In this document: positions 1 through 10,870 of the stretch, piece after piece | How the letters are laid out: each line of letters begins with the position of its first letter | Position numbering within the stretch: the stretch's first letter is position 1 | Assembly: GCA_965205025.1 (NCBI GenBank) | Contig: CBDBFU010000021.1 | Coordinates: 32,001 to 96,000, forward strand | Origin: Candidatus Poribacteria bacterium | GTDB lineage: Bacteria; Poribacteria; WGA-4E; WGA-3G | DNA length: 64,000 bases | Direction of reading: 5' to 3' | The notes under the pieces: generated by a model | What the model saw: only the letters and a program-made list of their open reading frames with translations | What the model was told of the DNA's origin: nothing | The model's database searches: none | Program-made: the position numbers and the translations under genes

Positions 1-685
1 ACAATGTCCCTGTGACATTTCCTTCGTATTGGAGTGTGGCAGTTATATATTCCCCTGCTATTGTTCCCATACCACTTGGTGATGGCACAACATCCTGAGG
101 TGAAATCGGTTTTCCTCCTGTAGTTAGGTGTGCTGCTACACTAACACATTTTCTGCCAAAATGTAGCATGTTATTCAACATATGAGTGCCAATATTCATC
201 AAACCATAACCACCATAATAACCTTTACCACTCCCATACATATACCGTAATTCACCTATTTTTCCTTCGTTATATGCACGAGATATAGCTTGCATAGATG
301 AACCAACTCTCCCTTGATGATGTACAGCAACCTGAACTCCTTTCTCTTCTGACTTTCTTAATACATCATCGGCTTGTAATAGGTCAATACACATCGGTTT
401 TTCTACTTCAATATGGACCCCGTATTCCAATACACGCATACATAAATCGTAATGAAATTCTGTTCCTGTTGGGATAGCAACGATATCCGGTGAAGAAACT
501 TTAATCATTTCATCTAAATCAGCAAATCTTGATGAAACGCCTACTTCATCCCCTAATGTATTCCTTCGTTCCTCAATTAAATCACAGAGAGCGACTATCT
601 CAGTACGTGGGTGTGCATGGTATGCCCGTGCTGCAGCAGTTCCTCTTCCTCTACAACCTAATATTGCGACTCGGTATATCTTCAT
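1..685 (-). CDS. Gfo/Idh/MocA family oxidoreductase (runs off window start)
   Basis: Read manually: ATG at 685, MKIYRVAILGCRGRG (Rossmann fold), later VEKPMC motif; absent from the ORF track because it is truncated by the window edge. Confidence 0.85.
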   Translation of the reverse strand, partial: MKIYRVAILGCRGRGTAAARAYHAHPRTEIVALCDLIEERRNTLGDEVGVSSRFADLDEMIKVSSPDIVAIPTGTEFHYDLCMRVLEYGVHIEVEKPMCIDLLQADDVLRKSEEKGVQVAVHHQGRVGSSMQAISRAYNEGKIGELRYMYGSGKGYYGGYGLMNIGTHMLNNMLHFGRKCVSVAAHLTTGGKPISPQDVVPSPSGMGTIAGEYITATLQYEGNVTGTL

Positions 686-925
686 AGGTATAATCCTTGT
701 ATGATGACTCTTAATTGTATTTCCTTAATTGTAATAACTATAACAAATGCAGATAGTTATGTCAATTTACAGAATTAATAATTTATATCTAAACAATATC
801 ATTTCTAAATAGGTTTATCCCCTGATTAATTGTTATGCATGACTTGAAATACTACACAAACTGGAAGTTTGTGCTACATTAAAGAGATTCTATTAATGAG
901 ACTTTAATTATTACCATGAATGGTA

Positions 926-1816
926 TTACTTCCTATGGGAAAGATAGGTTGATAATGCAGTATCAAACGGGGTTGTAGTATCAATTTGTACATAGTCAAT
1001 CTGACTGGAACCGCATCCACGTCGGTAATTCTGTATGAATTGGTTTAACCCGTTTAAGTAGTCTGTCTTTAGTGAATCAGCCTGTGTTGAGAGAGTTTGT
1101 CCGTTTTCCATATCCCGAAATATAACGGAACCATTGTATGGAAAGTTAATTTCTGCATGATCAAGCAGATGGAACACAATGACTTCATGCTTCTGATGAC
1201 GTAGATGTTTTAATGCAGAAATAACTTGTGAAGGTTCATCAAGTAAATCAGAAATGACGATCACCAACCCCCGTCTAACAATCCGTTTTGCAAGTTCATG
1301 AAATAGAGTACTTAATTTGGTTTCTTGTCCTGGAGTAGCGTTTTCCAATGTATTCATTATTGCCCGAAGGTGTTTGGCAGTTCCTCTGGGTGGGATATAT
1401 TCTGTAATATCGGTATCAAAAAGTGCTAATCCAACTGAATCCCGCTGCTTTAGCATAAGGTAGGCAAGTGAAGCAGTAAGATAACAACCATATTCAAATT
1501 TGGTAATTGATGAATCAGTATGTTTGAAATTCATTGATGCACTTGTATCTAATAGAATATAGGCTCTTAAGTTTGTTTCCTCCTCAAATTTCTTAATATA
1601 ATATCTATCAGATTTTCCAAATACTTTCCAGTCAATGTATCTAATTTCATCACCTGGCATGTATTGTCTATGTTCTGCAAACTCAACACTGAATCCTTGA
1701 TAAGGACTCTTATGTAGTCCAGTTACAAATCCTTCAACGACTAGTCTCGCGACCAGTTCCATTCCTCCTATTCTTGATAACGTTACAGGATCTAAGTATT
1801 TATGAGTAGTTTGCAT
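926..1816 (-). CDS. DUF58 domain protein (MoxR-associated)
   Basis: GLHKSPYQGFSVEFAEHRQYMPGDEIRYIDWK and LLDTSASM motifs. Confidence 0.92.
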   Translation of the reverse strand: MQTTHKYLDPVTLSRIGGMELVARLVVEGFVTGLHKSPYQGFSVEFAEHRQYMPGDEIRYIDWKVFGKSDRYYIKKFEEETNLRAYILLDTSASMNFKHTDSSITKFEYGCYLTASLAYLMLKQRDSVGLALFDTDITEYIPPRGTAKHLRAIMNTLENATPGQETKLSTLFHELAKRIVRRGLVIVISDLLDEPSQVISALKHLRHQKHEVIVFHLLDHAEINFPYNGSVIFRDMENGQTLSTQADSLKTDYLNGLNQFIQNYRRGCGSSQIDYVQIDTTTPFDTALSTYLSHRK

Positions 1817-1843
1817 ATTTTCTGATTATGATTGAATTAAAAG

Positions 1844-1878
1844 AAAACTCGTCCATAAAAGACTTATGGACGAGTTTT
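1844..1878. terminator. Intrinsic terminator-like hairpin
   Basis: aaaactcgtccataa-aagac-ttatggacgagtttt inverted repeat just after the stop of the 632-aa gene. Confidence 0.65.
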
Positions 1879-1888
1879 AAGAGTATTT

Positions 1889-3787
1889 TTACATTCCCAT
1901 CTGATTCATCATCATGAAAGTTTGAATCAACTGTTGAAAATCACCAAGAGTAATTAACAGGTTTCCACCGATTCCATCATCTTCAACTTTAGCAGAAACA
2001 CCGATGCTATATGTTTCAGGAATACCCATTAACATACCTGATATCATCTCCAATTCAGCGCCGCCTTCCGGCATTGTCTTTGCAGCTAATTTCATGACAT
2101 TTTTGATAGCATTAAGTGGTGATAAGCCAATGAATAAGTTATTCTCTGTACCTAACTTATCAATTAGATTCTGATAACTTGCGTTCTCTCCGACATTTTC
2201 AACTAATTGAGCTTTTCTATCTAATGCTTCCTTGATCTGTTCAGGAGATCCTCCAGCAAAATAAAGGTAACCATCCGAAATTGCATAAGCCATTTGCCAT
2301 TCCTGGGGAAAGAGTCCATGCATTTCTGGTGGAACATCTACAAAAGCTGAACCGAAATTAGGGAAAACGATACTATTTATCTCAACACCATTATGTACTA
2401 AAGGAGTACCTTCATAAACTCCATCATAGATAGCTATTTGTGGAGAATCACCCAGTGCAGATCTCATAATCTCCATATTCTTTTCAAGATTTGTCATAAG
2501 GTGTTCTTTAAAATATGTGATAACGGGTGCTTCATCCTTTAAACCTACTATGGAAATATAATCAGGAATAATGCTCTCACTAATATTCATTGAGAAACTC
2601 CATTCCTCTTCCAAGGCATCATTAACTGCTTCCAACTGTTTAGCGACTTCATCCATATGTGCTGATATATCAGGATCTTGTTCAGTTAATTCTTCTGTAA
2701 GCATATTCATCCAAGATAACGAAAGTTTTGTGAGGAATGTTGAATCACCTTGAAAACTTCCATTAATGAGCGTATTATTGGGTAAGTCATTTAACAAGGT
2801 TAATTCATTTGGCATGAATTCGTTTAATATATCTTGTATTTTTGAATCACTCTTGAATTGGAGGAATGGGGATAATTGTACATCAGTTCCATCTATCTGA
2901 AGTGTTGCCATAAAAGACTTAGAAGATTCAACGAAGTCCATGAATTGATCTAAGGATGCTCGTATAGTCAAACCTGAATTAGCAGATGTGGGATCACTTT
3001 CAAGAGTATCTATGATAGAATCTACTTCCATTTTCAATAGTTCAATAAATTGTTCTATGATAGTTTCAAGATTAATATAAACGGCTAATTGATCAAATCC
3101 ATTTATAATGTTTCCAATGAAAGATTTATAGTCCGGATGATTAACTATTGTCGGAACAGTACCTTTAGTAATATCAATTACATTTTCACAGACTTCTGGA
3201 AGTTGAGAAAAAACAAGTATATTATCAATAATTAGGAAACTACCACTTTCATCTGCAGATGTCCAATATGAGACACCATTATATTCTTTGGGTTCTCCTC
3301 CATCTGCTTCTGCTTCTATAACCTCTATCATCGCATCTGGATCGGTCAAATGGACAGCAGCAGAAATAAAAAATGGGTCTAAACTGTTGAAAAAAACAGC
3401 GAAATCCTGCTCAATATCTAACCCAATTTCTTCTAATTCAGATAAACTGGTAAAACCAGCCCCAAAGGACTCTGCGAGGATCTGTGCAAGTAATTCTGGA
3501 GATACTCCAATTTGTGGAACTAACATTAAAGCAGCATTATTTATTTTATTATCTAAATCCTTCAGACTGGGACAATATATGACTCCTAATGAAGTATCAG
3601 GAATTAGATTTAATACACTATTTTCTGCTACACCCTGATCGGCAATATCAGTTTTCGGTTGAAGTGGATCTGAATTCTCTTGGTCTGATATTTGTGCTAT
3701 CAATTGAAGATTTACACTTACAACAGTAAATAGTAACGTTATAATGAATGCAAATGATTGTTGTGTGAAGGATAGTTTCTTTTTCAT
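1889..3787 (-). CDS. Secreted acidic hypothetical protein (DUF3352-like)
   Basis: 632-aa ORF, N-terminal hydrophobic signal, LIPDTSLGVIY start and KEYNGVSYW / VHNGVEI motifs resembling DUF3352-type proteins. Confidence 0.6.
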   Translation of the reverse strand: MKKKLSFTQQSFAFIITLLFTVVSVNLQLIAQISDQENSDPLQPKTDIADQGVAENSVLNLIPDTSLGVIYCPSLKDLDNKINNAALMLVPQIGVSPELLAQILAESFGAGFTSLSELEEIGLDIEQDFAVFFNSLDPFFISAAVHLTDPDAMIEVIEAEADGGEPKEYNGVSYWTSADESGSFLIIDNILVFSQLPEVCENVIDITKGTVPTIVNHPDYKSFIGNIINGFDQLAVYINLETIIEQFIELLKMEVDSIIDTLESDPTSANSGLTIRASLDQFMDFVESSKSFMATLQIDGTDVQLSPFLQFKSDSKIQDILNEFMPNELTLLNDLPNNTLINGSFQGDSTFLTKLSLSWMNMLTEELTEQDPDISAHMDEVAKQLEAVNDALEEEWSFSMNISESIIPDYISIVGLKDEAPVITYFKEHLMTNLEKNMEIMRSALGDSPQIAIYDGVYEGTPLVHNGVEINSIVFPNFGSAFVDVPPEMHGLFPQEWQMAYAISDGYLYFAGGSPEQIKEALDRKAQLVENVGENASYQNLIDKLGTENNLFIGLSPLNAIKNVMKLAAKTMPEGGAELEMISGMLMGIPETYSIGVSAKVEDDGIGGNLLITLGDFQQLIQTFMMMNQMGM

Positions 3788-3838
3788 ATTATTTCTCCTT
3801 GGGAGAGGATCGAAAGCATCCTCTCTTATAGACTGTCC

Positions 3839-4924
3839 TCATTGGTTTTTTGTTATTAATTGTTCTAATTCTTGTATTTCAGATAAAGATGTCAAAACAC
3901 TAATTTCAACTTCATAATGTCGTCGACCACCAGGTTCGATATGTTGCAATGTACCTTGTTCTCGTTCATCTGCTCTCCCGGAAACTTTACAGTTTGACGG
4001 TTCCAACCCCATAACATAGGATCCTTGACCACACAATTTCCATTGTATAAAATGTGGGAATTGTGTTTTATGATATCTAACCGCAATTCCGATTCCTTGT
4101 TTTTTATTAAATCCACGATTTACAAGTGCTACACGAATATGGTTATCAACATCAGGTTCCATTTCGTGAAAATAAACTTGTTCCTCGACATCTATTGTTG
4201 GGGGTTCTCCGATATTATAGTTATTAAGGTTATTTTTGGCAGGTTCATCTCGGGGAGTTATTTGGGTTGTAGGAGAAATTAATTCACTTCCATCTGCAAG
4301 TATTGGGTATCCGATGTTAATATGGAATAGATACATATGAGGACATTCCTTATACCCTAAGTTTTCAACGATATCTTCAATGTGAATCTTTTTTGAACCT
4401 AATTCTGTCCAAATTCGTCGTGTACGGCACAAGTGTTCTCCTAATGCTGTTGTTTCAGAAACTTTACCTTGTGCCCATAGAATATATCTGTCCCCTTCCC
4501 ACCTACTATCTACCCATACATTTTTTGCTGGAATATGAGAGACTCTACCGTGTAATCCAAGCTCTTCATCGTTATCTGTATTTGGAGGACCAACCTGTGT
4601 CATTCCGCATGTGGTCAATAGACCACCATAGAAACCCCGCAACCAACCTAATCCACTGGGTTCATAAAAGGAAGCTTCAACATCACCAGTACTTGATCGC
4701 CAACATAAAGGAATACCATTATAATCAGCAAATGATATATCCATTCCACGATTTGGGAGGACTATGAAATTTAATCCTGAACCTGTTCTGAAACCGATTG
4801 CATCTGTTCCTTTTTCATTTCCATTTGAGAGTTGATAAGTCTTGACTTCGGCGACTTGTGATATGTCCCCTATGTGGCGAAGTAGTTGAACTCTATCATA
4901 AGTTTCACCAAAAATATTAATCAA
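3839..4924 (-). CDS. Aldose 1-epimerase family protein (DUF4432)
   Basis: RGMDI, GGLLTTCG, LHGR, HINIGYP and GLEP motifs. Confidence 0.88.
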   Translation of the reverse strand: MINIFGETYDRVQLLRHIGDISQVAEVKTYQLSNGNEKGTDAIGFRTGSGLNFIVLPNRGMDISFADYNGIPLCWRSSTGDVEASFYEPSGLGWLRGFYGGLLTTCGMTQVGPPNTDNDEELGLHGRVSHIPAKNVWVDSRWEGDRYILWAQGKVSETTALGEHLCRTRRIWTELGSKKIHIEDIVENLGYKECPHMYLFHINIGYPILADGSELISPTTQITPRDEPAKNNLNNYNIGEPPTIDVEEQVYFHEMEPDVDNHIRVALVNRGFNKKQGIGIAVRYHKTQFPHFIQWKLCGQGSYVMGLEPSNCKVSGRADEREQGTLQHIEPGGRRHYEVEISVLTSLSEIQELEQLITKNQ

Positions 4925-5115
4925 TTAAACTTCTCCTTAATAAGTACAATTGTGTATGATGTGTAAAGGCATTATAGCATATATCACCTAAGTATTACAA
5001 GAAGGATATATCATTAGGCTGTGTAAAGTTTTTGGCCTATAGACGTCAATTTAGTGAAATAGTATGTTTTAAGATTGTTTGAGTTGACAGATAAGAAATG
5101 ATAGATAATTTTATT

Positions 5116-6282
5116 TTATATCGCAGTTCTCAGAATTTCTGCAGCCTGATTAATAACCTTTAATTTTTGTATTGCTATTTCTGTTGTATTAACTGGTCTA
5201 TCAGCAAATGTTCCAAACCCACAATCTGGATTAAGGTATATCTGTTCAGGGATACGATGTTTCAATACTGATTTTACTTTATCGACAATAAACTCTACAG
5301 TTTCAACATGTGTTGTTCTTGGATCAACCACACCAAGACCAATTTCTTTATCTGATGGTAGTTCAGATAAGACATCAATGCTACCTGCTCGTTCTGTCGC
5401 ATATTCCAATACGAATTGTTTTATCTTCATCTGACTAAAAAATGGAATTAAAAGATCATAAGATCCGCGAAGAAGTACATCTTCTTGTTGACTCCAATTT
5501 CCTCTACACACATGTATTGCAGTCTTGATTTTATCATCGAATCCATCAATAACACGATTAATGAGTTCTACAGCAAAATTGAGTTCTTCTTCTGGACTAC
5601 TCTTTTCAGAAAGCGCAGCACACATAAATGTATGGGTTTCATGTGGACCTGTAAATGCTACCTCTGTCAATACAGGTTCATCAAATTGTACATAATCACA
5701 TCCAGCATCTTTTAACTCTTGTAATTCCTGTCGTAGGATACTGACAACATCATCTCCTAATGATTCTTTATCTGGGTAAAAGTCATACGATAACTTCTTC
5801 ACCCACATAGACCTTGTAAGTAGGTATGGACCAGGGAGTGTAACTTTTATTGGCTTGGAGGTATGTTGTTTTAAGAATAAATAGTCATTCAACACAAGAT
5901 GTGTTGTTCGTTCTAATTTTCCATCAACCACGGGATTCTTTAGAGCAAAAGCCGGTACATCAAGGGCATTGAGTAATTGTTCAAACGCAGCTTTGTCCTC
6001 AACATAATCCAGCATTTCTGCCAGAGTCATTAACCGAATTCCATCAATACATCCAGTAATAAATGAGTAGAAATTATCTCTGCGTTGTTCACCATCACTG
6101 ACAATATCTACTCCATTATCTTCTTGTATTTTAAGACTTTCTAATACAGCATCATCAGCGATAGTATTAAAATCTTGGTCACTTATACGACCTTTTCCTC
6201 TATCTCTAAGTGCCCGTGACACAGTCTTTGACCGTGGCATACTTCCAACTACAGTTACGGGAAATTGTGGTAAGTTATTCAT
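5116..6282 (-). CDS. Cobalamin-independent methionine synthase II (single-barrel MetE-like) family protein
   Basis: VVGSMPR, SDGEQRR, QFDEP, Zn ligands HVCRGN, LEYA and NPDCG; only 388 aa, no N-terminal barrel. Confidence 0.9.
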   Translation of the reverse strand: MNNLPQFPVTVVGSMPRSKTVSRALRDRGKGRISDQDFNTIADDAVLESLKIQEDNGVDIVSDGEQRRDNFYSFITGCIDGIRLMTLAEMLDYVEDKAAFEQLLNALDVPAFALKNPVVDGKLERTTHLVLNDYLFLKQHTSKPIKVTLPGPYLLTRSMWVKKLSYDFYPDKESLGDDVVSILRQELQELKDAGCDYVQFDEPVLTEVAFTGPHETHTFMCAALSEKSSPEEELNFAVELINRVIDGFDDKIKTAIHVCRGNWSQQEDVLLRGSYDLLIPFFSQMKIKQFVLEYATERAGSIDVLSELPSDKEIGLGVVDPRTTHVETVEFIVDKVKSVLKHRIPEQIYLNPDCGFGTFADRPVNTTEIAIQKLKVINQAAEILRTAI

Positions 6283-6416
6283 TGTTGATTTACCTTTCTC
6301 AAGTCAGCTATTAAATTGTATTCTATACGAGTTCCACTGGAAAGTTTGTGGTACAAGGTAGTAATTTGGATTATTCTAATTAAAAATGTTAAATGTTATG
6401 ATTCTGTTGCATAACT

Positions 6417-6638
6417 TATTGATGAGAGTTGAGATCTTCAATGATCTTTTCAAAAATTACAACCTGCTGCAGTAGTTGCACCAAATACTGCAGCAGGTTG
6501 GACAATCTCACATAATCGCCACCTATCTATTCCTTCTTGGTTGAGTATGTTTTCCAGATCTGGCATGCTACTTGATGCAAACCCCAATCCCTTCTCCTTC
6601 TGAGTAACCCTGATTGTCTTATATTCATACTTTTGCAT
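6417..6638 (-). pseudogene. DUF4177 domain protein, apparent frameshift near the 3' end
   Basis: MQKYEYK...LNQEG...W; the typical tail VVIFEK continues in another frame from about 6464. Confidence 0.6.
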
Positions 6639-6656
6639 CTGGTGCTCCGTTTTGGA

Positions 6657-7145
6657 TTATGATAAGTAAGGACGTCTGTCTATATAGTAAACAAGATGTC
6701 CTTGATTTTCACTAAAACCGATTGAGTCATAAAATGATTCTTCACAGTTTTCCACGATGTAACCTGTGATGAATGTTGCTCCCATTTTCTCTAATTCATT
6801 GATGAGCACTTTCCCTAATTTATAACCAACTTGTTCTTCATCAGCTTCAATCAGTGATCCGTTGTTGTATTTTGATTTACTCCCCTGATACTGCACATCT
6901 ATAGAAAATTCCATAATATGAGCAGAAAGTCCATCAAAAGTTGCGCGGGCAAGTCCAATAATTTCTGTCTGAATATAAGCGGCAATTATGAGATGTTGAT
7001 GTTCCAGTATTCGCGAGGCAACCTCTTTCCCAAATCCTACTTCACATATATTATTCTTTTCATAAAAAGTGAATAGTTCATCAGGAGTGATATTGGGATT
7101 TACAATGACTTCTATTGAGTCTTTAATTTTGTTTGTCTTATCCAT
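6657..7145 (-). CDS. GNAT-like acetyltransferase-fold protein
   Basis: IIGLARA...DVQYQG...LGKVLI...FYDSIGF pattern. Confidence 0.65.
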   Translation of the reverse strand: MDKTNKIKDSIEVIVNPNITPDELFTFYEKNNICEVGFGKEVASRILEHQHLIIAAYIQTEIIGLARATFDGLSAHIMEFSIDVQYQGSKSKYNNGSLIEADEEQVGYKLGKVLINELEKMGATFITGYIVENCEESFYDSIGFSENQGHLVYYIDRRPYLS

Positions 7146-7204
7146 TTGACATTTTTAGTTACATACAATAACTGTAATAATTATAGTTTATATCAACAGA
7201 AGGG

Positions 7205-8998
7205 TTAAAGTGTCTTGTAATAATCGCGTATTTTATACGATATTAATTGTCTTCTTTCGTTTAAAAATTCTTCATAATTATCTGCAGTAATGGATTCCAT
7301 TTCATCAGGAATACAATGTGATTTCAGATTTTCACGTAATTGTTCTAAATCTCTAATACCACCTAAACGTAATCTACCGTTTTGACATTGTTCAATTACT
7401 TCAGAGAAGTAATTTTTTGGTGGTTTTGCTTTAATCGCTATATTAATTTCACTCTGCATGACGACATAGTTTGCAATTTGATTGTAGCTGCTTTGCGTAT
7501 AACCATGATTCTGTAAATACTTCTTTGGAAAGACATGGTGGATATTTGACTGACCTTCAAGTAGAACTTGCACTGTTAAATCCTTTGAGAGGAATCCTTT
7601 ATCATTTCTCTTAACTTGACTCGCAAGAAAAACATTAAAATATGGACTACTTGCTACAGAGGTTTTTAATCTTAAAGGGAAACCAACATTCCAGAATGTA
7701 TCGGAGAGATCTGAATTTTCAATATCTCTTAAAACAGATACTACACCTGATTCATTAATTAATCGAATGTCCGAATCAAACACTGTTTCAGAAGATCCAG
7801 TATACCTTGCAGTTAACACAGACATTACAAACCAGCGTCTAACAAATGACTCAATTTTTGCATCATCTACTTTTTGTTTTCGTAGTGTCAAATATAATAT
7901 ATACGCAAAATTGGCAGTGTTCTTGGATTTTATCATTGAGGAAGTTATAAAACCAGCAGAACGTAAAATCATTATGAATCGTTTAAAATTTGTCTCATTC
8001 ATAAAATGAAATACACTGTTGTTAAGTCTTTCAAATGAATCTTCTGCTATTGAATCTTCAAAACTGCGAGTTTCAAAATTACGTCCTGATAATAAAGCAA
8101 CTAAGTCACTTAACCTTCCTCTTTGAAATTCAGTGGTAAATGTAACTCTAAGCATATCAGTATAAGAAGGATCATATAGGTCTTCTCTCTCATGTCTAAG
8201 CCATTTCATAGTATTAAAGTATTCAGTGTTATTGAAGCTTTCATCTTGACTTAGGACATTGTAAGATTCTGGAGAAACTGCAAGATTGCAAAAGTAATCA
8301 ATACACTTTCGGAGTAAATGACCATCATATCGGTCATTAGCCGCCATCTTAGACATAACAAAATCCGAAGTATTCAGAGAAACCCCTTTTGAATTAATTC
8401 GAACGAAAATTTCAGTTACAGTATCGATTTTTAATTCAGACTTTAATTCAATTAAACCTATATTATTAAATAGTATATTCTTAAGACGTAAAATTCGATC
8501 ATCAATTATCTCTGTTTTCATCTCTGGATTAACTAAACAATAGTTATCAACTAATTTTCGCATACTTGTTTCTGGTTTAAATACTTCAGAAATATCTTGT
8601 ATCCATTCTTGATTTTTTTGAATAGCGGCGTTTCTTACTTCAAAGATCTTATCTCCAGGATGAAAAGAAATTATAATTCGTTTCTGCGTGTAGTTTTTGT
8701 TAATAATATGTTTACCAGATAATGCTGCAAGAAGCGCAATTACACGTTGTTGTCCATCAATAAGTATTTTCTTACCAATAGACTTCTCTCCATCTTTTAG
8801 TCTAATATTTGGTGTGATCCATGTTATTAGGTAACCTACTGGATATCCTGAATAGAGGGAATCAATAAAATCACGGACTTGAGCAGAATTCCATACAAAA
8901 GGTCGTTGAATCTCTGGAATAGCGATTTCTTCTGAGTCATCCCATGATAATAAATTTTGAATTGTAGTTTGTTTTACCTCGTAAAGTTGTTTTTCCAT
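7205..8998 (-). CDS. DUF262 + C-terminal HNH (GmrSD/SspE-like) nuclease
   Basis: IPEIQRPFVW, LIDGQQR and FVRINSKG (DUF262); HHVFPK...NQIAN (DUF1524/HNH-like). Confidence 0.88.
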   Translation of the reverse strand: MEKQLYEVKQTTIQNLLSWDDSEEIAIPEIQRPFVWNSAQVRDFIDSLYSGYPVGYLITWITPNIRLKDGEKSIGKKILIDGQQRVIALLAALSGKHIINKNYTQKRIIISFHPGDKIFEVRNAAIQKNQEWIQDISEVFKPETSMRKLVDNYCLVNPEMKTEIIDDRILRLKNILFNNIGLIELKSELKIDTVTEIFVRINSKGVSLNTSDFVMSKMAANDRYDGHLLRKCIDYFCNLAVSPESYNVLSQDESFNNTEYFNTMKWLRHEREDLYDPSYTDMLRVTFTTEFQRGRLSDLVALLSGRNFETRSFEDSIAEDSFERLNNSVFHFMNETNFKRFIMILRSAGFITSSMIKSKNTANFAYILYLTLRKQKVDDAKIESFVRRWFVMSVLTARYTGSSETVFDSDIRLINESGVVSVLRDIENSDLSDTFWNVGFPLRLKTSVASSPYFNVFLASQVKRNDKGFLSKDLTVQVLLEGQSNIHHVFPKKYLQNHGYTQSSYNQIANYVVMQSEINIAIKAKPPKNYFSEVIEQCQNGRLRLGGIRDLEQLRENLKSHCIPDEMESITADNYEEFLNERRQLISYKIRDYYKTL

Positions 8999-9141
8999 AT
9001 TCTCTCCTTGGTAATTCCATAATTCTCAATAAACTGATATAAGAATACCATTATATCAACCAAGTATGTTGATATCTAATTTGGCTATTTAAGTACCAAC
9101 GTTTTTTGACCAAATTTAGAAAATCATGTATATAATTTACA

Positions 9142-9489
9142 CTAATATACTGATGATACATTATTATTGAGAATTGTCATTATCTTTGGATTAAATTTCT
9201 TGAAAGCAATTAATTCTGCTGCCTTTAATCTGTTCTTATTTTTAAAACTATCATGCAACCACCAATGAATTGCTGAGATTTTCTCAGGGTTCAATGATGT
9301 CGCTGAAGCCCCCATTGTTACACTGCTATCTTGTCTAATAGTATGTTGTATTATACGATTATGTAAATTTGTACTTGAACCAACATAAACTACTTTACCT
9401 TTATTATCATATATTACATAAATTCCAGGCTTGTTACTACTCACTTCACTTAGTGTAAAGTCAATAATATTATCCCTACTATTCTTCAT
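9142..9489 (-). CDS. GIY-YIG nuclease family protein
   Basis: PGIYVIY...VYVGSSTNLHNRIIQH...AAE. Confidence 0.8.
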   Translation of the reverse strand: MKNSRDNIIDFTLSEVSSNKPGIYVIYDNKGKVVYVGSSTNLHNRIIQHTIRQDSSVTMGASATSLNPEKISAIHWWLHDSFKNKNRLKAAELIAFKKFNPKIMTILNNNVSSVY

Positions 9490-9498
9490 TCCAAATCC

Positions 9499-10239
9499 TT
9501 ATATCACACGTAATTCCACATTCATATTTGTGTCTTGTGTAAGTGTATTTGTAACTGGGGAAGCACCCAATGTCTCCTGCCATAGTTTTTCTAATACTTC
9601 ATCATCCGCATCAGAGGCGACATAGAATGTACCAGTAATCTCTTTAAAACCACTATGACCATTTTGTTCTGTACCTAAAAACACAAAGATGTTATCTATC
9701 TGACCACTTAATGATATTTCTAATTCATCAATTTCAATTTTTTGTTGTGATGCTCTAATCTGAAACCCCATTGCTAAACAAGAACCGAGTGCCCCAAGGA
9801 CATATTCTACTGCACTTGGTGCTGCATCACGGACATCGAAACTTGCTGGTTGTCCAACTGACCATGAATGATTTCTACAAAATACTTTAGCTTGTAATCC
9901 ACCATCCCAATGAATACGCGTCTGCCATCGATAATCACGTGCTTGTTCAAAAGCAGTATTGGCATCTTGTTCATCTTCACCACGTTGAACAAAGTACTTA
10001 TTGTGTTCTGTAACCGACCTCCACCCGAGATAAGGATTTTTTGTCATTCTACACCATGCCGGCAGATCTTCTTTTACACTTATCTCAGTACTCCTAATTT
10101 CAAGCACTTCACCATCTGGAACTTGTTCCATTGATTTCCGAATTAGAAGAAGTAAGCCGGAACCACAATCAAGATTTCCACCTTCACAAATGTGTTGAGT
10201 GTTCAGTGAGTCTGGGGCAATTATATCTTCTTCACGCAT
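9499..10239 (-). CDS. TusA-domain / OsmC-domain fusion protein
   Basis: N-half GGNLDCGSG...GEVLEIRSTE...DLPAWC (TusA/SirA fold); C-half PSAVEYVLGALGSC...SPVTNTL (OsmC). Confidence 0.85.
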   Translation of the reverse strand: MREEDIIAPDSLNTQHICEGGNLDCGSGLLLLIRKSMEQVPDGEVLEIRSTEISVKEDLPAWCRMTKNPYLGWRSVTEHNKYFVQRGEDEQDANTAFEQARDYRWQTRIHWDGGLQAKVFCRNHSWSVGQPASFDVRDAAPSAVEYVLGALGSCLAMGFQIRASQQKIEIDELEISLSGQIDNIFVFLGTEQNGHSGFKEITGTFYVASDADDEVLEKLWQETLGASPVTNTLTQDTNMNVELRVI

Positions 10240-10510
10240 AGATTTATTCCTGAGAGGTGTCTTAAAAAAGTCTAAAATTTATTGAATATGAATACTGGGG
10301 TCGAAGTGCAATTTCGGTAGGAGTAAATGCTGAATGTTATCAATATAAAGAAGGTAACCCTCCCCATAGACATATTCTATAATAGCATAGTAGACTATAG
10401 TTAGTGATCCTATACCAAGTAGGAAGGGAAACCTTATACTTATAATTGGGATTCAACTGATCCCAATTGGATGTTTCTGCATCTATTAGCAGGAACTCCT
10501 TTTCCAGTTG

Positions 10511-10870
10511 TCAATAGGTAATAGAGGATCCACCGGTGGTAAGAAATTCAACTGCTTTTGCCCCACCAACAATTAAGGCTCCGTCTACAAGATTATTTTC
10601 ATCAAGGTTACGCTTTTTAAAACAGGGTGAACAAACCCAAATTATACCACCAACCTCAACAAAGTCATCCATCAGTTGTTTTAAGGGTGCAAAACCATCT
10701 TCATGAATATCATCTGAATACCCATTCTGACTTAGGTGAACACCTTCAGTACTGAGAAAAATTACAGTTTCAATACCTGAGGCAACAGAAGCATTCGCAA
10801 CGACAAAACCGACAGTTGCTTTATCAGTATTGTCTTGTGCGTGCGTAATGCTTATCATCAACTTCGACAT
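10511..10870 (-). CDS. DsrE/DsrF-like family protein
   Basis: Likely start MSKLMISITH at 10870, overlapping the TusA stop (TAATG); IFLSTEGV and WVCSPC motifs. Confidence 0.85.
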   Translation of the reverse strand: MSKLMISITHAQDNTDKATVGFVVANASVASGIETVIFLSTEGVHLSQNGYSDDIHEDGFAPLKQLMDDFVEVGGIIWVCSPCFKKRNLDENNLVDGALIVGGAKAVEFLTTGGSSITY

